Shown: positions 12,120-26,580 of the stretch, in pieces
Numbering within the stretch: the first letter of the stretch is position 1
How the letters are laid out: the number at the start of each line of letters is the position of its first letter
NCBI GenBank assembly: GCA_964016885.1
Contig: OZ024760.1
Location: 15,996,001 to 16,060,000, forward strand
Direction: 5' to 3'
From: Eledone cirrhosa
Taxonomy: Eukaryota
Length of the DNA stretch: 64,000 nucleotides
The notes under the pieces: generated by a model
Database searches by the model: none
Told to the model about the DNA's origin: nothing
Seen by the model: the letters and a program-made list of their open reading frames with translations, nothing else
Translations under genes and position numbers: made by a program

Positions 12120-12800
12120 CAGAGAAATAGTCATGCTTGGTATGTAGAAAAGGGGTAGTTAGGAACCCACCCCATATAACATATGCATCCAACATAATCT
12201 TATGGGTGCATGAGGGGTGTAGTGGGGTCATAGACAGAGAAAGGAGACTTGTATGTGACCAAGTGATCAATGCACAAAAGTAATTAGGTATCAGGGCACA
12301 GGTAACATGAACTCTTTTAAATGATTGTAAGGTTCGATAGAAGTAGTTGATAGCTTCTGTTACTTAGGTGACCCAATTAGCTGTGGATGACGGTGCTCTG
12401 AAAGTATAGTAGCCAGAATGAGATCAGGGAGGAGAAAGTTCAAGGGTACACAAGAGGTGTTGTGGGATTATAGAGAGGTAGGTTTTACTTTGCATATAAC
12501 AGATATACAGGAATAGTAAGAACTGCAGTGAAATAAAGCTTTTCCAATCTCAGGAAGGTACCATAGAAGTAGCTGATAGCTTCTGTTACTTGGGTGACTT
12601 AGCAGTAGAGGGAGTTGCTCTGAAAGTATAATAACTAGAATAAGAACAGGCTGGACAAATTTAGGGAGTTTCTACCTCTGTTGACAACAAAGGGATTTTT
12701 CTCTTTGAGTGAAGTGAAGATTGTATGATGCTGGTGTATAAAGTGCAATGTCATACGGCCGTAAGAGGTGGCCATTGAATGTGAGCGATATGTATCGACT
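12120..12800 (+). pseudogene. Decayed RTE-like LINE RT C-terminal fragments (partly duplicated)
   Basis: IEVVDSFCYLGD at ~12337 and again at ~12562; upstream CLVCRKGV...LWVHEGCSG remnant; stops and frameshifts. Confidence 0.7.
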
Positions 12801-12914
12801 GGAAATAAATATTCAAAATATGGGCATCCCAAAGCCAATGACCATAATAATAGTCGATCACTTTGTGTGTGTGTATGTATGTATGCGTCTGTATGTATGA
12901 CCCTGCAGGGTCAG

Positions 12915-13605
12915 AGGATAGCACAGCTCCCATGACTTTCGGAGACATTTTTTCATGCTCAGAGTTGCTGAAGCATGGAACAAACTCCCTGCATCAGTTG
13001 TTAGCTGTCGAGACACTGCATCCTTTAAAACCTCCATGGAACAAACTCCCTGCATCAGTTGTTAGCTGCCGAGACACTGCATCCTTTAAAACCTCCATGG
13101 AACAAACTCCCTGCATCAGTTGTTAGCTGTCGAGACACTGCATCCTTTAAAACCTCCACGGAACAAACTCCCTGCATCAGTTGTTAGCTGTTGCGACACT
13201 GCATCCTTTAAAACCTCCATGGAACAAACTCCCTGCATCAGTTGTTAGCTGTTGCAACACTGCATCCTTTAAAACCTCCATGGAATAAACTACCTGCATC
13301 AGTTGTTAGCTGTCGAGACACTGCATCCTTTAAAACCTCCATGGAATAAACTACCTGCATCAGTTGTTAGCTGTCGAGACACTGCATCCTTTAAAACCTC
13401 CATGCTTCTTGAGGTTCGCCGACACTACACCTGATATTCACCCCCCCCCCCCCTCACCATACACATGCACACATGTATATCATGACGCATGTACTGTTCA
13501 CTTTCCTGACATTTGTACATTATTCTATGTACTATACATGCACCTTTGATGAGTTGTAGTGCACCTGAGCACTGTACACAATAATTTCATTATTATTATT
13601 ATTAT
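12915..13605 (+). mobile_element. CR1/L2-like LINE 3' end with internal 61-bp x7 tandem array
   Basis: RHFFMLRVAEAWNKLPASVVSCRDTASFKTSM, the typical FFxxRVxxxWNxLP C-terminus; (ATT)n tail. Confidence 0.75.
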
Positions 13606-13871
13606 ATCTTAACTATAATAAAGGAGTGCAGGATTGCGCCCAGAATATATTTTTTTACCCCGTTTGTAAAATAAGTTGGATTACTTTGAATAAATAATGA
13701 ATGAATATTACATAATTTATCTACTAAATTTCGTGGCTGTTCATTAAATATATTTTATAGCTTATTTAAAACCTTTAAAATTCACTTCTTTAAAATTTTC
13801 AAATGTCAACACTCCCGGTTAGCGGCCGTTATATTATATCAGCACAGTTGAGGTATGTCAGACATCAATTT

Positions 13872-14107
13872 ATTTTATCTGATGAGGACGTACTGTTGAA
13901 ATAGCTCAGTACCTCTGAAATATATTTAATCACATGAATGTCTATATTTATTAATATTTTGAAGTAATATTAATAACTCCAGAAAACCTCACTAATCAAT
14001 GAACCTTGATAAACTTTTGGTTATATATATATATTTATATATATATTTACATCTCATATGTATTTTGTTTGAAGAGGACGTGTTTTGCATCTTCGAAATA
14101 TATATAA
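13872..14107 (+). ncRNA. Two tandem degenerate hammerhead motifs ~190 bp apart
   Basis: ATTTTAT-CTGATGA-GGACGTACTG..CAGTACCTCT-GAAA and TTTTGT-TTGAAGA-GGACGTG..CATCTTC-GAAA-TATATA-TA; same family as 46640. Confidence 0.55.
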
Positions 14108-14421
14108 TTGTTCCTACTTTTCGCACAAGGCCAGCAATTACCCCAGTGAATTACTGGTACTTTATTTTATCGACCCTGTAAGGATGAAAGGCAAAGTTAA
14201 CCTCGGCGGGATTTGAACTCAGAATGGCAAGGGCCGTAACTCTTTGCCTCAAAGCAAGGTGTCCGACCCTCTACCAATACTGCCAATCCACCACCCTCGA
14301 AATATATATAATGAAATAAATAAAGATGATATAAAGTATATATCTTTCATACGGGGGTCGATAAAATAAAGTACCAGTAATGTACTGGTTAATTGCTGGC
14401 CTTGTGCCTAAAGTAGAAACA
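14108..14421. mobile_element. SINE family B, inverted pair (14108-14290 minus; 14345-14421 plus)
   Basis: GTCGATAAAATAAAGTACCAGTAA in both orientations. Confidence 0.8.
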
Positions 14422-14919
14422 ATTACTATTATATATATATATATATATATACATATATACAACATAGAAAACAATCAAAGTTTTGTTTAATGCATTTAAT
14501 TGCTATATACACACACATCAAACAAAACCGTAGTATATTTAATCCTGTGGATGATATTTCAGAGGATAACTTTGAAACCATTACACCGATATAGACAGAG
14601 TTCTACTTCTGCAACACAATTCACTACTATCACTACTACTACTAACAATACTACCACCACCACTACTATTTCTAGTGCCAATACCACCACCATCACAAAA
14701 CTTATACTACTACACAGTATGACTCGGCTTCTATCCAAGGTTGCTGTAGTTATTTATTCATATTGTGATATATTTATTTGTTATCTTTACTAATATTTAC
14801 ATGATCCATATTATATATTATATGATATATGATATGATATTATATTGTAGTTAAAAAAAGCTCTGTAGCCTACATAGAGCACTCTCTTTTCCTTTACCTT
14901 TCCTACGGAAATACTTCAT

Positions 14920-17084
<2,165 letters not shown>

Positions 17085-17368
17085 CATGTCTTTATTGAGA
17101 AGATATGGAATGGAAAGGAGCAGACCTTGAAACGTTAATGGGTTTAGCAAGTTATTGTTCCTAACTAAACATAAAGGATTCATAAGAAAAATAGGGAGAA
17201 TATATAATGTCGAAAATAAAATAAAGAGATTTAAAGTTGAACAGAGTGATGTCTTTAATAGATATTTCAAAGAATAGCTCTTCTTTCTCTATACACACAC
17301 ACACTCACACACACACACACATATATATATTTATATATAATATATACACATATAAATTTATATATACT

Positions 17369-17568
17369 NNNNNNNNNNNNNNNNNNNNNNNNNNNNNNNN
17401 NNNNNNNNNNNNNNNNNNNNNNNNNNNNNNNNNNNNNNNNNNNNNNNNNNNNNNNNNNNNNNNNNNNNNNNNNNNNNNNNNNNNNNNNNNNNNNNNNNNN
17501 NNNNNNNNNNNNNNNNNNNNNNNNNNNNNNNNNNNNNNNNNNNNNNNNNNNNNNNNNNNNNNNNNNNN
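17369..17568. other. Assembly gap (200 N)
   Basis: N run of round length, probably a placeholder. Confidence 0.99.
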
Positions 17569-18179
17569 CGGTGGGGGTGGGGTAGAGGAAGAGTGTGAGA
17601 TGTTAGATAACGATAGACACACACATACACCTACACACACAGTAAAACACACATACACCTACACACACACAGTAAAACCTACAAACACATATTCATTTAA
17701 TAAAGACAGTAAATAATACACACACACACACACACACACATTTAATATAGAAATGGCTTCTACAGGTCTAGAACTGTTTCATTCGAAGGTTACTCCAGAT
17801 TGAACCTTGGACTCATATACACACACACACACATTATATATATATGCACATATATATATATATATATATACACATACATATATATACATGCATACACATA
17901 CATACATATATATATACATGCATACACATACATACATATATATATACATGCATACACATACATACATATATATATATATATGTATATATATGTTATGGAA
18001 TACTGTTAGCTTCTCACATCAACAATTTCTATACTTTTCATTTATATATATGCATATATATGTATGTATGCGTATGCATGTATATATGCATATACATACA
18101 TATATATGCATATACATATATATATATATGCATATATATGCATATACATACATATATATACATATACATATATATACAT

Positions 18180-18470
18180 AGAGGCACATGGCTTAGTGGT
18201 TAGAGCATTGGTCTTGCAATCGAAAGGGTGTGAGTTCAATTCTCAGACCGGGTCATGTGTTGTTTCCTTGAGCAAGGACACTTTATTTCACATTGCTCCA
18301 GTTTACTCAGCTGTAGAAATGCAAGTGGTCGTGGAGGTGCCACGGCAAAAAAGCACCCAGCACTCACTGTAAATTAGGTTGGTGTTAGGAAGGGCATCCA
18401 GCTGTAGAAATCAAGCCAGAATCAGTTCCCGTCCACCCTTGCAAGCAGGGAAAAGCGGACGTAAAATGAA
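18180..18470 (+). mobile_element. SINE family A, near full length
   Basis: A/B boxes, core, 3' tail ...GCGGACGTAAAATGA. Confidence 0.9.
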
Positions 18471-18557
18471 ATGTGCACATACATATATATGTATATGCAT
18501 ATATGCATATACATATATGCATATACACACACATATATATATATACACATATATACA

Positions 18558-18588
<31 letters not shown>

Positions 18589-18791
18589 TATTCAATTGGC
18601 TGTTAACATTTCTTACAATATGTAATTAATCTAATTTCATATTTCTGTATTGACTCCATTCACAGCTATAGAGATTTTCAAATAAGTTTTAAAAGAAAAA
18701 AAAATCTGGAGAGATTTAGTAACATAATACAACTTCCTCATTAACTGATGTTTAGAACATAATTTAATAACAGTTTTTATATAAAATTATA

Positions 18792-18981
18792 TGGTTTCTA
18801 CTATAAGCACAAGGCCAGTAATTTTGGTGAGTGTAAGTCGATTAAATCGACCTCAGTACATTACTGGTACTTTATTTTATTGACCCTGTAAGGATGAAAG
18901 GCAAAGTTAACTTCAGCAGGATTTGAACTCAAACTGTAAAAGGTCGCAACTTTATGCTGCAAAGCATGGTGTACAATGCTC
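18792..18981 (-). mobile_element. SINE family B
   Basis: Reverse complement of 21430-21653. Confidence 0.8.
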
Positions 18982-19189
18982 TGGATGAATATAAATATTT
19001 TAAAATAAATTGTTTTATATCATAGAACCAGGGGTAGTTTCAAAGAAAATGGAAAGTAAAGGAACTGGGTATCAAATTGGAACAGGGAAACTATATTTCC
19101 ATTGGTCCTTCCATTGTTGATACTATCTGTTGGTCATTAAATCGGACCAAGGAAACAATGTTTCCATTGGTCTCGCCATTGATTATACT

Positions 19190-19640
19190 ATATCTTCTTC
19201 TTCGTCCACTTATTCCTGAGAGGGTCGTGGGGGTGGGGGGGGGGGGGTGTCCTCAAACACACCTTCCAGTGGGTCCTGTCAGAAGCAACTGTCTCCAACT
19301 GATTCAACTGGATCTCCAAGCGAGACCAGCCAAGCTTATGGTCTAACCCTGGTCTACTCCATCTTGCTCAGGGTCTACCCCTTGGTCTCTTACCAGTTGG
19401 TTTTGCTCATAAAATCTATCCACCGATTCTTTCCTGAGACGTTCTAACCACATGTCCATAGTATCGGAGCTTTGATCTCTCAATTCGGAGAAGTAGCAGT
19501 TCTCCCTGGAGTGTCTCTCTGATCTCTGAGCTACGAACTCTATTGAGTAACATTACTCCAAAGACCCTTCGGAGGAACCCATTTTGGCCACTTGTATTCA
19601 CAATCGTATTTTTTTGGTCATTACCTAGATTCATGACCAC
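19190..19640 (-). pseudogene. RTE LINE 3' end
   Basis: FLRRVFGVMLLNRVRSSEIRETLQGELLLLRIERSKLRYYGHVVR...KPTGKRPRGRP; (GAA)n tail; same family as 53127. Confidence 0.85.
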
Positions 19641-19758
19641 AGGTATAGGTATCTATGGACACCTAATTGAAGATAGCATGATTGGCTTTTATACCTACCT
19701 CCCTTCTTCTTCTGATAAAGTACTGAAGCTGCCAAAAGGGATTTGGATGGAGGATATC

Positions 19759-20212
19759 GGTCAGGATCAAGCTAGGCTAGGCTTGGCCTGGCCCAAGTGA
19801 GACTGACGGTCGGTCAGGATGAAGCTAAGCTTGGCCTGGCCCAAGTGAGACTGACGGTCGGTCAGGATGAAGCTAAGCTTGGCCTAGCCCAAGTGAGACT
19901 GACGGTCAGTCAGGATGAAGCTAAGCTTGGCCTAGCCCAAGTGAGACTGACGGTCAGTCAGGATGAAGCTAAGCTTGGCCTAGCCCAAGTGAGACTGATG
20001 GTCAGTCAGGATGAAGCTAGGCTAGGCTTGGCCTGGCCCAAGTGAGACTGATGGTCAGTCAGGATGAAGCTAGGCTAGGCTTGGCCTGGCCCAAGTGAGA
20101 CTGATGGTCAGTCAGCATCAAGCTAGGCTAGGCTTGGCCTGGCCCAAGTGAGACTGATGGTCAGTCAGCATCAAGCTAGGCTAGGCTTGGCTTGGTCCAA
20201 GTGAGACTGATG
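19759..20212. repeat. 48/53-bp minisatellite (~9 copies)
   Basis: GGTCAGGATGAAGCTAAGCTTGGCCTGGCCCAAGTGAGACTGAC units. Confidence 0.9.
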
Positions 20213-20344
20213 GACAGAAACACATGGAGCAGAACGCTAAGTAGTGCTGTCAGGCAGGACCCAGCCCCTACTTAGGTATTAATTGTGTCCTGCATAATCC
20301 AAAACTGGATGACGACGATGATGATGATGATGATACTTTCTATC

Positions 20345-21195
20345 ACTCATGAAAATGGTCCTGACACACTTGAACTTTTCCACCTGCTTCAGTGGACCTT
20401 CATTCACATTTAGAATATACTGTGCAAGGTTCCTTGAGTGTCTCAGTTTTTGCAGCACTGTTTTTCATTCCTGCCATGTAGCACTCAGCAGCAAGCTTAT
20501 CCAGTGCATGTTGGAGACCACCTTCTGAAGAGTTAAGTAATACCATGTTGTCTGTGCCATGTAGCACTCAGCAGCAAGCTTATCCAGTGCATGTTGGAGA
20601 CCACCTTCTGAAGAGTTAAGTAATACCATGTTGTCTGTGCCATGTAGCACTCAGCAGCAAGCTTATCCAGTGCATGTTGGAGACCACCTTCTGAAGAGTT
20701 AAGTAATACCATGTTGTCTGTGCCATGTAGCACTCAGCAGCAAGCTTATCCAGTGCATGTTGGAGACCACCTTCTGAAGAGTTAAGTGATACCATGTTGT
20801 CTGTGCCATGTAGCACTCAGCAGCAAGCTTATCCAGTGCATGTTGGAGACCACCTTCTGAAGAGTTAAGTAATACCATGTTGCCTGTGCCATGTAGCACT
20901 CAGCAGCAAGCTTATCCAGTGCATGTTGGAGACCACCTTCTGAAGAGTTAAGTAATACCATGTTGTCTGTGCCATGTAGCACTCAGCAGCAAGCTTATCC
21001 AGTGCATGTTGGAGACCACCTTCTGAAGAGTTAAGTAATACCATGTTGTCTGTAAATCCCAGCCAACAGATTCTACACCAGCTGCTTTTGATGCCACTTC
21101 CAACACCATCTGAACTTGTTAATTCTGTTCCTGAAGATTATGAACAGGAGAGGTGACAGTACACACCCTTGGTGGAGTCCAACACCCATATTGAA
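20345..21195 (-). pseudogene. RTE reverse transcriptase fragment with 83-bp x7 tandem array
   Basis: VGLHQGCVLSPLLFII...TDNMVLLNSSEGGLQHALDKLAAEC: the QG.LSP motif and a decayed FADD motif. Confidence 0.85.
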
Positions 21196-21196
21196 T

Positions 21197-21253
<57 letters not shown>

Positions 21254-21429
21254 GAAGTCCCTATATAAAGGCCCTATTATTTGTGCAGGTCACACCTCAA
21301 TAAATGTATTGAAGATCTAGCACCTTGTCCTTATTATTATTAGTATTATTATTGTACTATTGTCCCCTAGATGTCGGCCCTTGTGGCCAATAAATGAAGT
21401 CATTATTATTATTATTATTATAATAAAAA

Positions 21430-21653
21430 GGGCAGTGGATTGGCAATATAGAGTATATTAGAGAGTCGGACACAATGCTTTGCAGCATAGAGTTACGTCC
21501 CTTTACGGTCTGAGTTCAAATCCCGCTGAGGTTAACTTTGCCTTTCATCCTTACGGGGGTCGATAAAATAAAGTACCAGTAACGTACTAGGGTCGATTTA
21601 ATCGACTTTCCCCTCCCCCCAAATTACTGGCCTTGTGCCTAATGTAGAAACCA
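21430..21653 (+). mobile_element. SINE family B, near full length, (ATT)n tail
   Basis: B box GAGTTCAAATCCC; GCCTTTCATCCTTACGGGGGTCGATAAAATAAAGTACCAG central domain (resembles the Meta-SINE domain, from memory). Confidence 0.85.
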
Positions 21654-22093
21654 TTATTATTATTATTATTATTATATATCTATCCACAGACAAATACGAG
21701 GGCCTTCAAAGCAACAAGAAACTATCCATTGACCCCACACTCCTGCAGAACCTCCCACAAGTCATCATCATCACCATCACCAACAACATCAAAGTACATG
21801 ACACACCCACAACATTGAACAGGTTGCACATATATATATATATATATACACTCACACATACAAACACTTACATATACACACATCTATACACCCAGTGTAG
21901 GTATAAATTATCTATGCTTATGTCACCACTGTGGGTGTGTATACCTCTTAGTACACACACACACACACACATATATTCCAAAATGTCTGACTCAATACAC
22001 ACGTGCTTTTTCTCAAAGCATTTTTTTCTGTTCCTTCCTCTTCTCTTCTCACTCTTTTCTTTTTATTTCATGTTTTACTTACTTTTCATTCTA

Positions 22094-22129
22094 TCTTCTG
22101 ATGAAGGACCAGTGTCTGAAATGTTAAGA
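22094..22129 (+). ncRNA. Minimal hammerhead (mutated sister of 54729)
   Basis: TCTT-CTGATGAA-GGAC-CAGT-GTCT-GAAA-TGTT-AAGA. Confidence 0.55.
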
Positions 22130-22150
22130 CTTTTCTCCTGTTATATCAAG

Positions 22151-22438
22151 GGCTTTGGGGTTAGGCTGAAAGCTGACTTCTGATTGGTAAATAAATTATT
22201 CTGACAGACCTTCCACCAACTTCGTAATAACAAGTCCTCTTCCACACCTGCTATCAGGAATGCATCTGGGGTTCTCCTTCCTTCAAAGAGGTGTATCCTC
22301 GTGAGGTGGAGAGAATATTTTACTGATCTTCTAAACCTGATCACAACAGCATCTTCTGATGTACACAAGGTGCATCTAGGAGCAGTGACAAATCTCTCAG
22401 GGGCTGAGGTTACAAGTGCAGTTAAAGGGCTCATTAGA
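22151..22438 (+). pseudogene. RTE LINE fragment (region upstream of RT)
   Basis: FHQLRNNK...ILVRWREYFTDLLN...AEVTSAVKGL. Confidence 0.75.
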
Positions 22439-22449
22439 TTAAACATTAA

Positions 22450-22657
22450 CCCTTTAGCATTTACATTACTCTATATGTACTATTATATTTTCAAGGTAAA
22501 GGCTTTATCCTATATAATATTGAATCTATGAGATTTTGTTGTTATTTATTTTGAGAACCATACTTTAAAGTCTGTATGAGGGGCCAGTTATGGTTGGTTT
22601 GAACAGAAAGAGGTGAGAGAATTCTGGCTGGATATGGCCGGGTTAAATGCTAAAGTG
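22450..22657. mobile_element. piggyBac-type MITE with TTAA target site duplication
   Basis: TTAA-CCCTTTAGCATTTA...TAAATGCTAAAGTG-TTAA (13/14 inverted match). Confidence 0.75.
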
Positions 22658-23053
22658 TTAAACTAATATATTTCTTCATTGTACTGTGTTGTTTCCGTTT
22701 ACTTTTTGCATACAAAATTACAGACACACACACACACATATATATATATGTATATATATATATATAGGATAACAAGATATCGTTATAGGTAATCCAATTA
22801 GAGGTTGTGAATACTTCTTATTATGGATAGTTTTAGCGTACGGCGTTGCTTGACTCAACAAGAGGTTTACGAAGATGACGAGTTTATGATTTCACTTGTA
22901 TTCCTATGTAAGTTTATCTTGGAGTAATACATTGAAAAAGTGGAGAATAACATGGTCAATTGTATATATATATATATCCGGGAGCTTCCAACAGACATGG
23001 TCGCATTCTTTTAAGGGTATGTCAATATTTGTTTATAAAGCTAATCTATATTA

Positions 23054-23118
23054 TATTTTATCTGATGAAAGCGCACCATAATTTGCTTTGGTGTCCTTGA
23101 AATATGTATACTGAAATA
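23054..23118 (+). ncRNA. Type I hammerhead motif
   Basis: TATTTTAT-CTGATGA-AAGCGCACCA..TGGTGTCCTT-GAAA-TATGTA-TA-CTGAAATA; sister copy on minus at 46361-46424 with GAAA>AAAA. Confidence 0.6.
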
Positions 23119-23783
23119 AATATGGTTTTATAAATATAGTTTCCATTTGTTAATATATCGTATTTTTACTCCAATAATTTGTTGAGTGCTTTATATCAGT
23201 TATAAAAATATTTGCTTGTTGTATCCCAACAATTTAAATATAACTTCTACATATATATATATATATATGAAGGCGTGTGGCTGAGTGGTTAGAGAATTGG
23301 ATTCACAATCTTGAGGTTGTCAGTTTGATTCCTGGACCGGGTGATGCGTTATGTCCTTGAGCAAGACACTTTATTTCATGTTGCTCCTTCTACCTGGAGT
23401 TGCAACCGATAGATAGTACTAGCAACTGGAAAGACCAATGGAAACATATATGTGTATGTATATATATACACATAGAATGTATATTATCTTAAAGTTAACA
23501 GCTTTAGCGCAGGTTTTTGACTATATATAAGTCTCAGGAGAAGTGAAGGCTACTTTAAGCTATAATCATATCAATGAATTGATTTGTGGAGAAAGTAGTG
23601 ATTTATAAGAATGCTATGTAACAGGGTAGATGGTATAATCGATTTTATTGACCTCAACATATGTCCGGTATTTTAAATTATCAACCACGGAAAGATAAAA
23701 GGGAAGTTAACCATGCTCAAGATTTTAACTCACAATAACAAAGGGGTGTAACTGTATCTATATATATATATATATATATTAAT

Positions 23784-24162
23784 GGAGGCACATGGCTTAG
23801 TGGTTAGAGCATTGGCCTTGCAATCAAAAGGTTGTGAGTTCAATTCTCGGACCGGGTGATGTGTTGTTTCCTTGAGCAAGACACTTTATTTCCCATCGCT
23901 CCAGTTTACTCAGCTGTAGAAATGAGATGATAGGGACTGGGGTCGCTATCATTCCACTGCAAAGTGGCCGTGGAGGTGCTACGTCAAAATAGCACCCAGC
24001 CCACACTGTAAAGTGGACGTGTAGGCGCCACGGCAAAAAAGCACCCAGCAATCACTGTAAATGAGGTTGGTGTTAGGAAGGGCATCGAGTTGTAGAAATC
24101 AAGCCAGAATCAGTTCCCATCCCAGGGAAAAGCGGACGTAAAATGATGATGATGATGATGAT
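23784..24162 (+). mobile_element. SINE family A, full length, (ATG)n tail
   Basis: A/B boxes, core, tail; a second head-only copy lies at 23268-23390. Confidence 0.9.
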
Positions 24163-24289
24163 ATATATATATTAAAGCACTGAAACAACATATCTCTAGC
24201 GATCGACTGATGGGACTGTTTGTATTTGTTCATTTTCCTATCTTTGCCCATATTTTTTATTCAGTTTATATATGTATCTACCTATCTAT

Positions 24290-24715
24290 CTAGGACAGGT
24301 AAAATTCCCGAGATCCATGGACGAGTTCTCTCCAGCGGTCTCTGTCCCTCATCATTGCTGCCATGTCCTGCATTTCCAAGAGACCGGTGTCTGTCCTTAC
24401 GGCATCAATATATGTCAACCTCAGTCTCCCCCTTCCAGTGTGTCCATGCAGGGGCTCCCACAGGACCACTGGGTGCAGTGTCAACTCTGAATGTCGGTGA
24501 GCATGTCCAGCTAACCTCAGTCTCCCTCTTCCAGTGTGTCCATGCAGGGGCTCCCACAGGACCACTGGGTGCAGTGTCAACTCTGAATGTCGGTGAGCAT
24601 GTCCAGCTAACCTTGTCTCCCCTGTGTTACTTTCGAGCTGACTCTTGGGAGGCTCTCGTACAGCTCTGAGTTCTTCATCCTCAGTGTATACTGATTAATG
24701 TTCAGAGCCATCTTC
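24290..24715 (-). pseudogene. RTE-type LINE 3' end with ~99-bp duplication
   Basis: RLRLAGHAHRHSELTLHPVVLWEPLHGHTGRGRLRLTYIDAVRTDTGL...MRDRDRWRELV. Confidence 0.75.
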
Positions 24716-24747
24716 AGTATATATATACATATATCATCATCATCATC

Positions 24748-25260
24748 TGTTATACTTTGGGAGGGTCATGTTGCCAATAAGAAACACACGCACCGGTTGC
24801 TTTCACTTCAATTTAATTTAATATATATTTATAAATTTACAAATTTATAAATTTCTGGTTGGTTGGTTGGTTCCACAACCAGATAGTTGTTTATATATAT
24901 ATATAGTCATAGTTCTTTCGTCACACACTCTGTGACCTCTTCAGTGACTGGGGATTTCTTTCTTCGTTTCTGTGCCTTTCCTTTCTTCTATCCTACGCCA
25001 TTTTGTTTGGTCACAGAGTGTGTGACGAAAGAACTATGACTATATATATATATAAACAACTATCTGGTTGTGGAACCAACCAACCAACCAGAAATTTATA
25101 AATTTGTAAATTTATAAATATATATTAAATTAAATTGAAGTGAAAGCAACTGGTGCGTGTGTTTCTTATTGGCAACATGACCCTCCCAAAGTATAACAAT
25201 ATCGGTTTCAACACACGATTTCAGATAAAGAATCTTGCTAAACAAATTCAGAAACGAAAT
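24748..25260. mobile_element. Penelope-like inverted pLTR pair (~190-bp near-perfect arms 24748-24937 / 25009-25198)
   Basis: Direct inverted match; hammerhead on the left arm; right arm runs into ORF start MTLPKYNNIGFNTRFQIKNLAKQ, homologous to [22 protein letters not shown] at 43083 minus. Confidence 0.75.
24905..24949 (-). ncRNA. Minimal type I hammerhead, intact core
   Basis: AGTCA-CTGAAGA-G-GTCACA-GAGTG-TGTGAC-GAAA-GAAC-TA-TGACT; perfect stems I and II. Confidence 0.8.
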
Positions 25261-25516
25261 ATCATCATCATCGTTTAACGTCCATCTTCCACGCTAGCAT
25301 GGGTTAGACGGGAGTTGTCCAGGTGACCGTGTCTCATTCATATAGGACTGTCTGGCAGGTTTTCTACGCTGGATGCCCTTCCTAACACCAACCACATTTA
25401 CAGTGTGGACTGGGAGCTTTTTACTGTGTTACCTACACGGTCACATTTACAGTGTGGACTGGGTGTTTTTTTTGTCGTGATACCTACACAACCTAATTAT
25501 TTTTGACTGGATGTTG

Positions 25517-25576
<60 letters not shown>

Positions 25577-26297
25577 CAACATCCAGTCAAAAATAATTAG
25601 GTTGTGTAGGTATCACGACAAAAAAACACACAGTCCACACTGCAATGTGACAAGATCATAGACCTCACTTGCTTGGGGTGGAGCTTGTCAAATCAGACCG
25701 AGGAAACAATGTTTCCATTGGTCTTTCCAATTGCTAATACTATCTACTGGTCACAAATCCTGGCTGAAGGAGCAAGGTGAAATAAAATGTCTTGCTCGCT
25801 CAAGGACATAACACATCGCCTGGTCTGGGAATCGAACTCACAACCTCATGATGGCAAATCAAATTCTTTAACCACTCAAGGAAACAAGAAATGAACAAAC
25901 AAGAGGATGCAGTAACATGAAGTGTATTAGTTTTACGCTTGCAGGAAGAAGAATGAGTTACACACACACATACACACAAATAAAACACACACATACACAC
26001 AAATAAAAACACATATATACACACAACACACACGCATATTATGTCTCCTCTGACTCTGCAAACTACAACTGTTAATGAAGAAAATAACAAAAGCAAATTT
26101 ATATAGACATATTAACTTATACATACATGCATATATATATATATATACATATACATACACACATGTATATATATAGTCACACACATCATCATCATCGTTT
26201 TACGTCCATTCTTCCATGCTAGCATGGGTCACACGGATTGTCCTGTTGTGGGCAATGCCAGGTCAGGTGACCATGTCTTGCTCATAATATAGACAGA

Positions 26298-26362
<65 letters not shown>

Positions 26363-26388
26363 AGAGAGAGAGAGCGAGAGAGAGAGAG

Positions 26389-26445
<57 letters not shown>

Positions 26446-26519
26446 CACACACACAGACATATATATATAGGCACACACCTGTAAATATGCAGTAATTAAT
26501 ATTATGTCTATATGTGTGA

Positions 26520-26580
<61 letters not shown>

